NCBI GenBank assembly: GCA_963792755.1
Contig: CAWBXQ010000009.1
Coordinates: forward strand, 487,241 to 551,240
Reading direction: 5' to 3'
DNA length: 64,000 nucleotides
Source: an uncultured Ignavibacteria bacterium
GTDB lineage: Bacteria; Bacteroidota; Ignavibacteria; Ignavibacteriales; Ignavibacteriaceae
Position numbers and translations under genes: made by a program. Shown here one piece after another: positions 28,596-41,020 of this stretch. Positions within the stretch are counted from its first letter, which is position 1, and the number at the start of each line of letters is the position of its first letter. The notes under the pieces are model-generated. The model had not been told where the DNA came from and ran no database searches. It saw nothing but the letters and a program-made list of their open reading frames with translations.

Positions 28596-30512
28596 ATGAT
28601 TGATAAGGAAAAGTACGAAGTACTATCTAAAATTAATTATCCATCGGATATAAGAAAACTCGATCTTCCCGAGCTTAAAAAATTGTGCGGCGATATCCGT
28701 GAATACTTAATCGATGCTGTTTCCGAAGTTGGAGGTCATTTTGGAGGAGGACTTGGTACAGTTGAGTTAACAGTAGCAATTCATAAAGCTTTTAACACTC
28801 CCGACGATCTTGTAGTTTGGGATACAGGGCATCAGGCTTATCCACATAAAATTGTAACCGGCAGAAAAGACTTATTAAAAACTATCAGGCAACTAAACGG
28901 AATTAGCGGCTTTCTTAAAAGAACTGAAAGTGAATATGATACTTTCGGTGCCGGGCATGCTTCAACTTCAATTTCTGCAGCTTTGGGAATGGCTGTTGCA
29001 AGAGATATTAACAACACTCATAAAAAAGTTGTTGCAATTATTGGTGATGGGGCAATGACCGGCGGAATGGCTTATGAAGCAATGAACAATTCCGGTCTGA
29101 TTAAAACTGATATTACTGTTGTTCTTAATGATAACAATATGTCTATTGCTCCGAATGTATGGCAGATATCAAATTATTTTACCGAAATGATTGCTCATCC
29201 TGATTACAATAAATTTAAAGGACAGATCTGGGATCTCACCGGTAAGTTAGATCATTTTGGAGACAGGCTGAGAAAAATTGCAGTCAGACTCGAAGGAGGA
29301 ATTAAAGCTGTAATCACTCCGGGTATGCTTTTCGAAGCTCTCGGCTTTAGATATTTTGGTCCTGTTAACGGACACAATCTCCACCAGTTGCTGAAAATCT
29401 TTGATCAGGTTAAAGACCTTAAGGGCCCTGTTCTTATTCACGTTATAACTCAAAAAGGAAAAGGTTATAAACCTGCCGAAACTCACAATCAAAAGCTTCA
29501 TGCTTCAACTCCTTTTGATAAACTTACAGGTAAAGCTCATAAGTCTGGCGGAGCAGTATCATACACAAAAATTTTCGGTCAGGCACTTACAGAAATTGTA
29601 AAGGAAAATCCTTTAGTTGTTGGAATCACCGGTGCAATGCCTGATGGAACCGGTCTTGATTTACTTCAAAAAGAATTTCCTAAAAATTATTTTGATGTTG
29701 GTATTGCCGAAGAACATTCTGTTACCTTTGCTGCCGGACTTGCAACTCAGGGAGTCGTTCCGGTTGTTGCTATTTATTCTACATTTCTTCAAAGAGCTTT
29801 TGACCAGATAGTACACGATGTAAGTTTGCAGCATCTTCATGTTGTTTTTGTACTCGACAGGGCAGGATTAGTTGGAGCCGATGGTCCAACTCATCATGGT
29901 GCTTTTGATTTAACTTATCTAAGGCTAATTCCCGGAATGGTTGTAATGGCTCCGAAGGATGAATCTGAATTAAGAGATATGCTTTATACAGCAGTTAAGT
30001 ATAAAGAAGGTCCGATTGCTTTGAGATATCCGCGTGGTTCTGCGCTTGGCGTTACATTAAAAGATGGCTTTGATCTTATCGAGATTGGGAAAAGTGAAAG
30101 ATTAACAAAGGGAGAAGATGCCGCTCTTCTTGCAGTTGGTTCAATGGTTGATTATTCACTTAAAGCTGCTGAAAAACTTGAAGCAGAAGGAATTCATTGT
30201 GAAGTTATAAATATGAGATTCATAAAACCTCTCGATACAAAAATGCTTGATGATATTGTTTCGAGGCATAATAAAATAGTTACACTCGAAGAGAGTACTT
30301 TGGTTGGTGGTTTTGGCAGCGGCATACTTGAATACTTTGCAGAAAAAAATTATAAGAATGATGTTCTCAGAATAGGTTTGCCTGATAAGTTTGTAGATCA
30401 CGGTACACAAAAAGAACTTCATTCTTTACTTGGAATTGATCCCGAGGGGATAGCTAAAAAAGTTAAATCCTTTACAGGGAAGAAAACTATAAATCACGAA
30501 GTAGCAGTCTAA
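28596..30512 (+). CDS. dxs: 1-deoxy-D-xylulose-5-phosphate synthase
   Basis: 638 aa with GGHFGGGLG, a GDGAMTGGMAYEAMN ThDP motif and transketolase-like middle and C-terminal domains. Confidence 0.95.
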   Translation: MIDKEKYEVLSKINYPSDIRKLDLPELKKLCGDIREYLIDAVSEVGGHFGGGLGTVELTVAIHKAFNTPDDLVVWDTGHQAYPHKIVTGRKDLLKTIRQLNGISGFLKRTESEYDTFGAGHASTSISAALGMAVARDINNTHKKVVAIIGDGAMTGGMAYEAMNNSGLIKTDITVVLNDNNMSIAPNVWQISNYFTEMIAHPDYNKFKGQIWDLTGKLDHFGDRLRKIAVRLEGGIKAVITPGMLFEALGFRYFGPVNGHNLHQLLKIFDQVKDLKGPVLIHVITQKGKGYKPAETHNQKLHASTPFDKLTGKAHKSGGAVSYTKIFGQALTEIVKENPLVVGITGAMPDGTGLDLLQKEFPKNYFDVGIAEEHSVTFAAGLATQGVVPVVAIYSTFLQRAFDQIVHDVSLQHLHVVFVLDRAGLVGADGPTHHGAFDLTYLRLIPGMVVMAPKDESELRDMLYTAVKYKEGPIALRYPRGSALGVTLKDGFDLIEIGKSERLTKGEDAALLAVGSMVDYSLKAAEKLEAEGIHCEVINMRFIKPLDTKMLDDIVSRHNKIVTLEESTLVGGFGSGILEYFAEKNYKNDVLRIGLPDKFVDHGTQKELHSLLGIDPEGIAKKVKSFTGKKTINHEVAV

Positions 30513-30523
30513 TCTAAAATAAA

Positions 30524-31525
30524 ATGGAAAAAACAAAAGTTGCTGTTGTAGGACTTGGCAGTATAGCTCAGTTGGTTCACTTGCCGAACCTTGCAAAAAT
30601 GAGTAATGTCAATGTAGTTTCTGTTGCAGAGATAAACAGTGCGCGTCTTAATACAATTGCTGATAAGTTTAATATTAAAGAGAGATATTCGGATTATAAT
30701 GAACTCTTGGAAAAGAGCGATGTTGATGCCGTAATTATTGCAACACCCACGGGCACGCACAAAGAGATGGCGGTTGCATCACTTAAAGCAAAAAAAGATG
30801 TGCTTGTTGAAAAACCTCTTGCTAGGACATACGCTGAAGGAAAAGTTATTCTAGATACTGCTAAAAAAAATAAAAAGAAAATTATGGTTGGAATGAACCT
30901 GAGATACAGACCGGATGCAATGATATTAAGAAGTATTTTGGGAGCCGGGGAAATTGGTGATCCGTTCTACATTAAATGCGGGTGGATAAGAAGACAAAGC
31001 AGTGCACAGAAATGGTTTACTAAAAAAGAAGAATCGGGTGGAGGAGTTATTGTTGATCTCGGTATTTCTCTTCTTGATCTTTCATTATGGCTGCTCGATT
31101 ATCCTGCCGTCACTTCGGTTACAACACAATGTTATAACCAGAATACTAAGAATGTCGAAGATACAGCATTAAGCTTTCTGAGATGTAAAAATTCTTCGGC
31201 TATTAATATAGAAACAAGCTGGTCGCTGCCTGTAGAAAAAGATATTTTTTATCTTACAGTTTATGGAACAAAAGGTGCCGCTTCGTTAAGCCCTTTCCGG
31301 ATTTATAAAAAAATTGATGCACAATTTATTGATCTTACACCTTCTCAATCGGAAAGTCCGGTTAGTGCTTTTAAAAAATCTTATCTTAATGAATTAAAAA
31401 GTTTTATTGGAGCAGTTCGAGGCTTGAATCCTGTTTTTTCCTCGGGTGAACAGGCTTTGCTTAGATTAAAAATTATTGATGCAATGTATCAATCGGCTAA
31501 ACAAAAAACTGAAATCGGATTATAA
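30524..31525 (+). CDS. Gfo/Idh/MocA-family oxidoreductase
   Basis: N-terminal Rossmann motif (VAVVGLGSIA) and an EKPLA motif. Confidence 0.85.
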   Translation: MEKTKVAVVGLGSIAQLVHLPNLAKMSNVNVVSVAEINSARLNTIADKFNIKERYSDYNELLEKSDVDAVIIATPTGTHKEMAVASLKAKKDVLVEKPLARTYAEGKVILDTAKKNKKKIMVGMNLRYRPDAMILRSILGAGEIGDPFYIKCGWIRRQSSAQKWFTKKEESGGGVIVDLGISLLDLSLWLLDYPAVTSVTTQCYNQNTKNVEDTALSFLRCKNSSAINIETSWSLPVEKDIFYLTVYGTKGAASLSPFRIYKKIDAQFIDLTPSQSESPVSAFKKSYLNELKSFIGAVRGLNPVFSSGEQALLRLKIIDAMYQSAKQKTEIGL

Positions 31526-31531
31526 AATCTT

Positions 31532-32218
31532 ATGAAAAAAATATTACTTGCAGACGATGAAAAAGATATTGTAGAATTTTTAGAATACAACCTTAAGCAG
31601 GAAGGGTTCGATGTAATTGCTGCTTATGATGGTCTCGAGACGCTCGAAAAAATAAAAGAGAATCCCGATCTTATTCTTCTCGATATAATGATGCCTAAAA
31701 TGGATGGTTATGAAGTTTGTAAAAAAATCCGCGCTACTAAAGGTTTTGAACACACACCTATAATCTTCTTAACTGCTAAAGCCGGTGAAGTGAATGAAAT
31801 AAAAGGGCTGGAACTTGGTGCGAGTGATTATATTCAAAAACCGATTTCGCCGCGAAAGCTAATTGCGAGAGTTAAAGCTAATCTCAGGGGTTCTTTGAAA
31901 GATGAAGGGAAAAAATCTCCACCGAGAGTAAAGATCGGTCCACTTATGATCGATAAAGACAAGTATGAAGTGAGCATTGACGGAAAGATTAAAATTTTTC
32001 CACGCAAAGAATTTGAAGTGCTTTATTATCTTGCAAATAATCCCGGGAGAGTTTTCGGAAGGGAAGTTTTGCTTAAGGATGTTTGGGGTCCCGAAGTTTA
32101 TGTTGTCGATCGTACGGTAGATGTTCATATCAGGAAAATCAGAGAAAAACTTGGTGAGTATTCCGACCTTATAGAAACAGTCAAAGGGGTGGGATATCGG
32201 TTCAAAAGTGTGGAATGA
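31532..32218 (+). CDS. OmpR/PhoB-family response regulator
   Basis: Receiver domain (DD...D...K pattern, LLDIMMPKMDG) plus a winged-helix output domain (VDVHIRKIREKL, GVGYRF). Confidence 0.9.
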   Translation: MKKILLADDEKDIVEFLEYNLKQEGFDVIAAYDGLETLEKIKENPDLILLDIMMPKMDGYEVCKKIRATKGFEHTPIIFLTAKAGEVNEIKGLELGASDYIQKPISPRKLIARVKANLRGSLKDEGKKSPPRVKIGPLMIDKDKYEVSIDGKIKIFPRKEFEVLYYLANNPGRVFGREVLLKDVWGPEVYVVDRTVDVHIRKIREKLGEYSDLIETVKGVGYRFKSVE

Positions 32219-33236
32219 AGTAAAAAATAATCTTTCCTCAGCTAAAGTATATCTTAAAGAATTTTTATTCTTTGACTCAATTTTTATTCTCTTCTTCTTC
32301 CTTGTTATAAATAATAAAATAATTGTTTATACGCTTATCATACTGCTTTTAGTTTTAAGCTTTGTATTTCTGAATCAAATAGGATATAAAAGAAAGAAGG
32401 AACTAAACGAAGTTAAATCTGTTGTAGCAGGAATAAGAAAAAATTCTTTCAACTATCCTTCCGAAATAAAATTGAGTGAAAACCTGCGCGCTCTCGAAGA
32501 TGAAATTCAACAAATGTTTGAAAAAGATAAGAATGATATAGAGTATCTTAAAAAACTCGAAAAAATGCGAACGGAATTTCTTGCAAATGTTTCCCACGAA
32601 TTAAGAACTCCTATTTTTGCAATACAGGGTTATATTGAAACGCTACTCGATGGCGCACTGGACGATAAAAACGTTAATAAGTATTTCCTCGATAAAGCTA
32701 ATCAGCATACTCTAAATCTTAACGTACTGATTAATGATCTGATAGACATTTCTATGATCGAGTCCGGTGAGATGAGAATGAGCTACCGCTATTTTAATAT
32801 TAATGAATATATAAATCAGATCATCCAGGAAATGATGCCGCTGGCTAATGAAAAAAATATTAAGCTTGTTTATTTCCCTGCAAGAGACGGATTGCAGTTG
32901 TTTGGTGATAAGGTTAGACTGAAACAGGTGTTTACAAACCTTATTATGAATGCAATAAAATATACAGAGCAGGGAAAAGTTGAAGTCCTTGTAGAAGAAG
33001 AACCGAAGTTCGGGAAAATTATTATTAAAGATACAGGAATCGGAATTTCGCAGGAAGATATTGCAAGAATATTTGAAAGATTTTATAGAGTAGATAAAGC
33101 CCGCTCACGCGCAGTTGGCGGAACCGGTTTAGGACTTGCGATTGTAAAGCATATTGTAGAAGCACACAACTCCAAAATAGAAGTTAAAAGTGAATTAGGA
33201 GTCGGAAGCGAGTTTTCGTTTAAGTTGAAGAAGTGA
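32208..33236 (+). CDS. sensor histidine kinase (PhoR-like)
   Basis: H-box FLANVSHELRTP and N, G1 and G2 boxes (NAIKYT, DTGIGI, GGTGLGLAIV). Overlaps the regulator gene by 11 nt. Confidence 0.85.
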   Translation: MWNEVKNNLSSAKVYLKEFLFFDSIFILFFFLVINNKIIVYTLIILLLVLSFVFLNQIGYKRKKELNEVKSVVAGIRKNSFNYPSEIKLSENLRALEDEIQQMFEKDKNDIEYLKKLEKMRTEFLANVSHELRTPIFAIQGYIETLLDGALDDKNVNKYFLDKANQHTLNLNVLINDLIDISMIESGEMRMSYRYFNINEYINQIIQEMMPLANEKNIKLVYFPARDGLQLFGDKVRLKQVFTNLIMNAIKYTEQGKVEVLVEEEPKFGKIIIKDTGIGISQEDIARIFERFYRVDKARSRAVGGTGLGLAIVKHIVEAHNSKIEVKSELGVGSEFSFKLKK

Positions 33237-33238
33237 TA

Positions 33239-33691
33239 CTATCCCGGCAACCTTCCAACCAAACCATTAACCCATCTGTGGGCTTTGTGAAAAAATGCTG
33301 CTGGTTCTGCAAACATTAAAACACATTCATTTTTTATAACATCTATTTTCATTTCCTGGCAAAAAATAACAGCTTCTTCAGATTCAGATCCTAACTGCAT
33401 CCAGATTTTTTTAATTCCCGCAGAGTAGGCATCCTTTACAACTTCTTTTGTTGCAAAAGGAGGAACAACAAGAATTGCTGCTTCAACTTTTCCTCTCAAT
33501 GCTAAAAGACTCGGATAACATTTGTCATAGTCAATAAAAGCTGCATTCGGGTTAACCGGGTAAACGTTGTACCCTTTTGTTTTTAAATCTTTGAAAAGCG
33601 TATAACCAAATTTCTTCCCGAAACGGGAAACACCGACAATGGCAATATTCTTTTCAGATAAGAATTCTTCGATAAGTTTTTTTGAAGTCAT
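33239..33691 (-). CDS. CoA-binding domain protein (YccU/YneT-like)
   Basis: 150 aa with the IAIVGVS...G pattern and overall CoA_binding_2-like layout. Confidence 0.7.
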   Translation of the reverse strand: MTSKKLIEEFLSEKNIAIVGVSRFGKKFGYTLFKDLKTKGYNVYPVNPNAAFIDYDKCYPSLLALRGKVEAAILVVPPFATKEVVKDAYSAGIKKIWMQLGSESEEAVIFCQEMKIDVIKNECVLMFAEPAAFFHKAHRWVNGLVGRLPG

Positions 33692-33772
33692 TTCTTTTCT
33701 CCCCTGTTAATTGAGAAAATACAATAGCAAATATAATTTTTTCTTGTTAAAAAAATAACACGATTATGGGGA

Positions 33773-33876
33773 AACCGTTGAAATGGTTATTATAATAGCT
33801 TAGTTCTATTAACCCCTGACTTAAGTCAGGGGTTAACCTGTGAAAATATTTAGATTAGTAACCGTTTTTAACGGTT
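33773..33876 (+). repeat. three-hairpin modular repeat element, copy 3
   Basis: AACCGTTGAAATGGTT (one G-T pair), TTAACCCCTGACTTAAGTCAGGGGTTAAC (about 33809-33837), AACCGTTTTTAACGGTT (about 33860-33876). Confidence 0.8.
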
Positions 33877-33955
33877 TTTTTGCACCGTCTTTAATTGCTT
33901 TGAATCTCCCATTTTTTTAACTTTAGAGTCTGATTTTTAAGAAAAGAGGATATAA

Positions 33956-34297
33956 ATGGTAGCAGTTGTTGAAATTGCTGGTCAGCAGTTTAAAGTTTCT
34001 GAAAAAGGGAAGTACAATGTTCCGAGACTTAAAGAAGAAGCGGAAGCTAATGTAACTTTTGATAATGTTTTATTATTGACTGACGACAAAGGAACAAAGG
34101 TTGGTAATCCGTCTGTTAGTGGAGCTAAAGTTACTGCAAAGATTCTTGAACATTTGAGAGATGATAAAGTAATCGTTTTCAAAAAGAAAAGAAGAACGGG
34201 TTATCAAAAAAGTAATGGGCACCGACAATTACTGACAAGAATTGAAATAACCAAGATTGCTAAAGGAAAAGAAGCAAAAGAGAAGGAGACTGAATAA
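33956..34297 (+). CDS. rplU: 50S ribosomal protein L21
   Basis: [14 protein letters not shown] start typical of L21, followed by rpmA with an overlapping stop/start. Confidence 0.9.
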   Translation: MVAVVEIAGQQFKVSEKGKYNVPRLKEEAEANVTFDNVLLLTDDKGTKVGNPSVSGAKVTAKILEHLRDDKVIVFKKKRRTGYQKSNGHRQLLTRIEITKIAKGKEAKEKETE

Positions 34298-34554
34298 TGG
34301 CTCATAAAAAAGGTCAGGGTTCAACAAGAAACGGAAGAGACAGCAATGCACAGCGTCTCGGAGTTAAAAAATTTGGTGGTGAAAATGTTATTGCAGGAAA
34401 TATTCTTATAAGACAAAGAGGAACAAAATTTCATCCTGGGACTAATGTAAGTAAAGGCGGAGACGATACTCTTTTTGCTGTTGCCGATGGCGTAGTAAAG
34501 TTTGAGACGAAAAGAGGAGACAGGAAGTTCGTCAACGTTTATCCAAAATCTTAG
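34297..34554 (+). CDS. rpmA: 50S ribosomal protein L27
   Basis: [24 protein letters not shown]... is the canonical L27 N-terminus. Confidence 0.95.
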   Translation: MAHKKGQGSTRNGRDSNAQRLGVKKFGGENVIAGNILIRQRGTKFHPGTNVSKGGDDTLFAVADGVVKFETKRGDRKFVNVYPKS

Positions 34555-34557
34555 TTC

Positions 34558-34583
34558 AAGTGCAAGTCTTTGAACTTGCACTT
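34558..34583. terminator. bidirectional terminator-like hairpin between rpmA and mdh
   Basis: AAGTGCAAGT / ACTTGCACTT 10-bp stem with a 6-nt loop, between two convergent genes. Confidence 0.5.
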
Positions 34584-34594
34584 ACTCTGTGCTC

Positions 34595-35560
34595 TTAAAG
34601 TCCCAACCTCTCCATATCAACTACTAAAGTTTTAACTGCATTAACTGAATTATCAAGTAAAGCTCTTTCCTCTGAATCCAGTTCAAACTCAATTATTTTT
34701 TCAACTCCGTTTGAACCAAGTACAGCCGGAACTCCGACATAATATCCGTTAACACCGAATTCACCATTAAGAAAAGCGCAAACAGGCAAAACTCTTTTTT
34801 CATCAAAAATGATTGATTTTGCCATAGCAATTGCAGAAGCTGCCGGCGAATAAAAAGCTGAACCGGTTTTAAGAAGCTTTACAACTTCACCGCCAGCCAT
34901 TTTTGTTCTCTCGACAAGTTTATTCATTACATCTTTTGCTTTGGCTTTATCATTGTACTTTCTTTCAAGCAGTTCCATTACGGGAATGCCGTTTACATTG
35001 GCGTACCTAATGATTGGAACCATGCTGTCGCCGTGACCTCCGAGAACCATTGCGTTAACATCCTTAACTGATACTCCGAGTTCCCATGCAATGAAAGATG
35101 AAAAGCGGGATGAGTCAAGTACACCTGCTTGTCCTAAAACTTTATTTGCGGGGAAACCGGTGACTTTTTTGAAAAGAGTTACCATTGCATCCAGAGGATT
35201 TGAAATAATAATAACAATTGAATTTGGTGCATATTGTTTAACATTCTCAGCGACTGATTTCATAATTTTAGCATTTGTGGTAAGCAAATCGTCTCTGCTC
35301 ATACCAGGTTTGCGCGGTAGCCCTGCAGTAATGATTACAAGATCAGCGCCGCTAATATCTTTGTAATCATTTGTTCCGGTTACATTAGCATCAAAACCAT
35401 CGACTCTCGCTGCCTCAGCAACATCAAGAGTTTTCCCCTGCGGCAAATCTTCAACAATATCAAACATTACAACATCACCAAGTTGTTTTGATGCTGCCAA
35501 TTGAGCGAGCACCCCACCTATTTGCCCGCCGCCGATTAAAGCAATTTTTTTCCGTGACAT
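34595..35560 (-). CDS. mdh: malate dehydrogenase (LDH-like, NAD-dependent)
   Basis: GGGQIGG Rossmann motif. [13 protein letters not shown] with the Arg diagnostic for malate specificity. GGHGDSMVP. Confidence 0.9.
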   Translation of the reverse strand: MSRKKIALIGGGQIGGVLAQLAASKQLGDVVMFDIVEDLPQGKTLDVAEAARVDGFDANVTGTNDYKDISGADLVIITAGLPRKPGMSRDDLLTTNAKIMKSVAENVKQYAPNSIVIIISNPLDAMVTLFKKVTGFPANKVLGQAGVLDSSRFSSFIAWELGVSVKDVNAMVLGGHGDSMVPIIRYANVNGIPVMELLERKYNDKAKAKDVMNKLVERTKMAGGEVVKLLKTGSAFYSPAASAIAMAKSIIFDEKRVLPVCAFLNGEFGVNGYYVGVPAVLGSNGVEKIIEFELDSEERALLDNSVNAVKTLVVDMERLGL

Positions 35561-35728
35561 TTCTTCGCCCTTTTAATTTTTATCTTAAAAAATATTAAAT
35601 GTAAAATAAAAATGTCCTGAGCGATATGCAAAGATAAATTGCAGAAACAAGTGCATGTGCAAGAGCAAGTTTAAGTGGTTTTTATTCTAAACTTTTGTAC
35701 TTACACTTGAACTTGAACTTACACTTGA

Positions 35729-36671
<943 letters not shown>

Positions 36672-37085
36672 TTATTTAGTTTTTAGAGTTAGGATTGTTT
36701 CAGTTCCTGTTGGGGTCATATTGTATTTCAGATCATCCATATAAATCCGCATTAGATACAGACCTCTTCCTGAATCTTTAAGAAGATTTTCCGGTTCTGT
36801 TGGATCAGGAACTTTGGTTGGATCGAAACCTTTACCTTCATCCTTAACTTTTATTGTTATATACCCATCATTAACAAAAACATCTAACTCTACTTTTTTA
36901 GTAATATCACATTTGTTGGCGTGTATAATCGCATTGGTTGTTGCTTCTGTAACAGATAGCATAAGTCCCGACATTTTATCTTCATCAATTCCTAAGTCCA
37001 TTCCAAAGTAATTGACGAATTCCTCCACCGTGATAAGATTGTTCGGGTCGCTGTCGATTTCCAGATGATAATGATTTTCAGCCAA
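36672..37085 (-). CDS. anti-sigma regulatory factor / Ser-Thr protein kinase (RsbW/SpoIIAB-like HATPase)
   Basis: EATTNAIIHAN (N-box), DEGKGFD (G1) and GRGLYLM (G2) in a 137-aa protein. Confidence 0.75.
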   Translation of the reverse strand: MAENHYHLEIDSDPNNLITVEEFVNYFGMDLGIDEDKMSGLMLSVTEATTNAIIHANKCDITKKVELDVFVNDGYITIKVKDEGKGFDPTKVPDPTEPENLLKDSGRGLYLMRIYMDDLKYNMTPTGTETILTLKTK

Positions 37086-37135
37086 AAGTTACCTGGGTTT
37101 TGTAGTAAAAATAAGGAAAAATATTTCTAATTCAA

Positions 37136-39077
37136 TTAAAAATTCCAATTCATCTGCATTGTGAAGTTTGCCTGCTCTTGATTGGGGGCACTATTAGCTG
37201 AAATGAATTCATACCATCCGTATATTCTAAAGTAAAGAGTTTTTTTAATTAAAAAAAAGATTTCCATTAAAGGCCCGATGCTAATGTATTTTGAATCGGG
37301 AATTTTTTCTTGCACTTTATAATTGTATGCTTTTAAAGAGAAATATCTTATTCCGGAAGCTAAAAGTATGCCGTTTAAATTGTAAACGATTTTTGGTTCC
37401 GCATAAATCTCCTCTAAATAGCGTGTCGGTTGGGCAGAAAATGATGACCATTGGAAATCTCCCTGCTCGGAAAGCTTTAAATAACCATCGTTGTCTAAAG
37501 ATAAATCTTTAAATATCTTAATACTGGATGAGTCTGTTGCTGTAAACTGCCGAAAAGAGAAACTTTTGAAATTCGGGTTAAGATCTTCAAAATCGTAGAC
37601 CGTATAATTTGCAGATACCTCGAAAGTATTTAGGGAACTGACATTTTTACCTGTATAATTTCCGCCTGCTGCGAACTTTAAAACCCTGTTTATATTATTG
37701 TTAGAGCTCTTTTCAGAAAACAAATAAACAATGTGGCTGTATGTTCCTTCAGTACTTACGAATGCTTCAAAAAATGGTGTAAGAAATCTTGAGTATCTTA
37801 AGCGCAATATCGAAAGTATTTCGTCCCTGTCGTCAAAATTTTCCTCGCTCGGTGTGTCATAGCGCAATTTATTTTGCAAGAAAGCTAAGAGATAATTTAT
37901 CTTTCTCAGAGAGATTAAAATCACCTGAAAAAGATAAAGATGCTCTTGTGGAATTATTATTTTTTTGACTTTCCTGGTTCGATCTTTCTTCAAAATAGAA
38001 ATCGTTGTTGCCGTAATTTTTAGTTATGTTTTTTTCATCTCTTTCCGTGATTAATCCTCTAATGTTCCCGGAAAAGAATTTTGATTTGTAGCTCATCACA
38101 GATTCAAATTCTACTCTTAGCTCATTAACCTTTGTATCATAAACAGAACTTGAAGTAATAATTGCATGGCATGTAACGAGTATCCCTGTCTATATCGCGC
38201 CAGCTTACATTACCTCTTGAGTCTAGTGTAAAGATGTTAAAGAAATTTCCGAAACGAACATGGTCTTCAAGAGAATACGCTGTTTCAATTCTACTCTGTA
38301 TATTGTTAACAATGTTAAATTCAGATGAAGTTTGCTGATCTGCAGTATAATAAAAATCTTTTCTGTTTTGCGTAAACATTGCACTGATTGTATTGGAAAC
38401 ATTCTCTGTAAAATTATTATTAAGAAGGAGATTTAAATATCTTATAAGGTTTTTTCTTGGAGAAATATCTTCATTGCTTAACTTTAACTGAGCACTTAGA
38501 TTTAAATCCGAAAGATTAGTTTCATTTGCTGTCCCCTCAATCCCATAAATCAGACCATAATCATTTTCACCAATCTGCCGGTTGTTTGAATACCCGATGA
38601 AAGGAGAAAACACCATATCAGGTTCTGGGGAGTAAAGAGTAAATAATGAAACATTAGATATTGATGCCTGGTTAATTTCAATTTGCCTGCTGTCGGATAA
38701 AATTTTATTATCAACTGAAATTCCGGAACTAAAAGTGGACGATATTTTATAAGATGTTAATAAAGAAAAGTTTTGTTCATCTCTTCTGTTGTTTGCACCT
38801 GACTTGACAAGTTTGGAATTAAAGTTTTCAAAAATTTTGAAATTAAAATCGCTTAAGTCCTGGTTGTAGGCGAATCCGGTATTTAAAGAGTACGTATTTA
38901 ATTGTTTATCGAAATACGAGCTAAGAAGATTAATAGATTTAGTAAGCGGGATATAATCAAGACTGTCTGAAGAAGTTTGAGAAAATACTAAGGTGCTGTT
39001 TATGAATAACAAGTAAAAACAAAAATCAATAAAAAAATTCTTAAGTATTTCAGTATGTTCTTATTTTTTTTTCTCAT
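37136..39077 (-). pseudogene. large outer-membrane beta-barrel-like protein, fragmented into at least 4 frames
   Basis: ORFs 37136..37993, 37869..38099 and 38137..39012, plus a short signal-peptide fragment from the ATG at about 39077, are collinear on the minus strand. All are beta-rich and Ser/Asn/Tyr-rich, and the last ends ...MQMNWNF. The breaks include a long A/T homopolymer at about 39062-39072. Confidence 0.45.
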
Positions 39078-39440
39078 CCTTTATTCTTTAAATGTGAAAT
39101 GCTATTAGGATCCTGGCTGTTTCTTGAGCCAAGGTAAATTTTATAATAATAAGTCACGCTATATTCCAGAGAATCATCGAAATAATAACTATCACTAGTA
39201 TAATCAATTTTTTTTCGATTCTGTTGAATCGGTTCTACAATAAATATTATATCCCTTGATATCGCCTTCACTGCTTGATTGCCAGCCAATTGTAATTTCC
39301 CTGTCTGATGCATAATACACATATAAACCGGTAGGAACAGCAAGAGGATTAGAGCCATCCATTGTGTTTGTAGGGTGTTCGCAGCCATTGTAAAGTAGAA
39401 GTGATAAAAGCAGTACTGAAGCAATTCTAATTATTTTCAC
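39074..39440 (-). pseudogene. small lipoprotein with an FN3-like domain, one frameshift
   Basis: ORF 39204..39440 has a lipobox (LLLYNGC) and an FN3-like start. The remainder (IDYTSDSYYFDDSLEYSVTYYYKIY) is in the frame of ORF 39074..39424. Confidence 0.45.
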
Positions 39441-39616
39441 TTAAGAACAAAGCAATTGAGTTTTAACCGCAAAATAGAGAGTTTGCTATTTATTTAAAAG
39501 TGGAAATAATTTCATGAAAATGTTCAAGTCTGACAACATGGGTACTTCTCTTTAAATTGACAATCAGGCAATTTTTGGATAATTTTGATTTAGTTAAAAA
39601 CAAATTTCGTCAATTA

Positions 39617-39985
39617 ATGATCCTTGAATATCTCCCAATTTTAGCAGTTTTCGGCTTTGCGACTATATTTGCAATCGCCACTGTTTTTTCATCCGAAATT
39701 TTTGGTCCTAAAAGACCCAATGCGGAAAAACTTTCGACTTATGAAAGTGGAATGAAACCTGTCGGAACCACCAGCGAACGTGTTTCGATAAAATATTATC
39801 TGATTGCAATGCTGTTCATTATTTTCGATCTGGAAGTTGTTTTTGTTTATCCGTGGGCTGTTCAATTTAGAAGATTGTTTAATGAACAGGGTATTTCTGT
39901 TTTTATTTCTATGGTGATTTTTTTAGTCGTACTTGAATTAGGCTATTTGTATGTGTATAAGAAAGGTGGTTTTAAATGGGATTAG
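39617..39985 (+). CDS. nuoA: NADH-quinone oxidoreductase subunit A
   Basis: The ATG at 39617 gives a typical 122-aa NuoA ([24 protein letters not shown]). Confidence 0.85.
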   Translation: MILEYLPILAVFGFATIFAIATVFSSEIFGPKRPNAEKLSTYESGMKPVGTTSERVSIKYYLIAMLFIIFDLEVVFVYPWAVQFRRLFNEQGISVFISMVIFLVVLELGYLYVYKKGGFKWD

Positions 39986-40497
39986 AAGCTAAGTTGACAA
40001 AGGAAGGTTTTTTTACGACTTCTGTTGATGCTCTGGTTGCATGGGCAAGAAAAAGTGCGGTATGGCCGATGCCTATGGGAATTTCCTGCTGTGCTATAGA
40101 AATGATGGCGTCAGGCGATCCTAAATATGATATTGCAAGATTCGGTTCAGAGGTTATGCGTTTTACACCGCGCCAATCTGATTGCATGATTGTAGCCGGA
40201 ACAGTTACATATAAAATGTCTCATGTAGTAAGAAAAATTTATGACCAGATGCCTGACCCCAAGTGGGTTATTGCAATGGGCGCATGCACGTCTTCTGGTG
40301 GAATGTACAGGTCCTACTCGGTTGTACAGGGAATAGATCAGTTTCTGCCTGTTGATATTTATCTTGCCGGTTGTCCACCGCGTCCCGATAATCTTTTAAA
40401 CGCGCTTATGCAGATACAGGAAAAAATCGGAAGATCAAAAGCAAGAGACTACCAGGACAAACCTCTTCCGGAGTTGCCGGTAATACAAACTAATTGA
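39976..40497 (+). CDS. nuoB: NADH-quinone oxidoreductase subunit B
   Basis: Fe-S cluster N2 cysteines ([21 protein letters not shown]). Confidence 0.9.
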   Translation: MGLEAKLTKEGFFTTSVDALVAWARKSAVWPMPMGISCCAIEMMASGDPKYDIARFGSEVMRFTPRQSDCMIVAGTVTYKMSHVVRKIYDQMPDPKWVIAMGACTSSGGMYRSYSVVQGIDQFLPVDIYLAGCPPRPDNLLNALMQIQEKIGRSKARDYQDKPLPELPVIQTN

Positions 40498-40499
40498 TT

Positions 40500-41016
40500 A
40501 TGGATTTTAAAGAACTCGTTACTAAGAAGCTCACGGAAAAATTTCCGGAAATTAAATTTGAAATAACTGATTATAAAGATCAGATTGCTGTAGCTTTTGA
40601 TAAGCAGCATATTGTTTCTGATAGCTGATTTTTTGAAGAGTGATGAAGAACTTCAATTTAAATTATGTGAAGATGTTACAGCTGTAGATTGGGCAAGAAG
40701 AAAAAACAGATTCACGGTTGTTTATCATATCTTTTCTCTCAAATTGAATTCACGCCTTAGATTAAAAGCAGATGTAGACGAAGCCGACCTGCCTGACGGC
40801 AAGGCAGGCTGTAATATTGAATCGGTTTCCTCGATCTGGAAAACGGCAGACTGGCATGAACGTGAAACTTATGATATGTACGGTATTACTTTTAAAAATC
40901 ATCCTGACTTGAGAAGAATGTATATGCCGGAGGAGTTTGAATATTATCCTTTGAGAAAAGATTTCCCTTTGATGGGAATACCCGGCTCGCTGCCATTACC
41001 AAAGAAAGAAAACTGA
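40500..41016 (+). pseudogene. nuoC: NADH-quinone oxidoreductase subunit C, frameshift between about 40600 and 40629
   Basis: MDFKELVTKKLTEKFPEIKFE... reads from the ATG at 40500. The conserved core ([24 protein letters not shown]) is in ORF 40597..41016. Confidence 0.8.
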
Positions 41017-41020
41017 TTTT

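Noticed and set aside
36672-37085. Anti-sigma kinase as part of a partner-switching operon
   Set aside because: No adjacent STAS-domain antagonist or sigma factor gene. The neighbours are the mdh paralog and a fragmented OMP gene, so no system can be inferred from this window.
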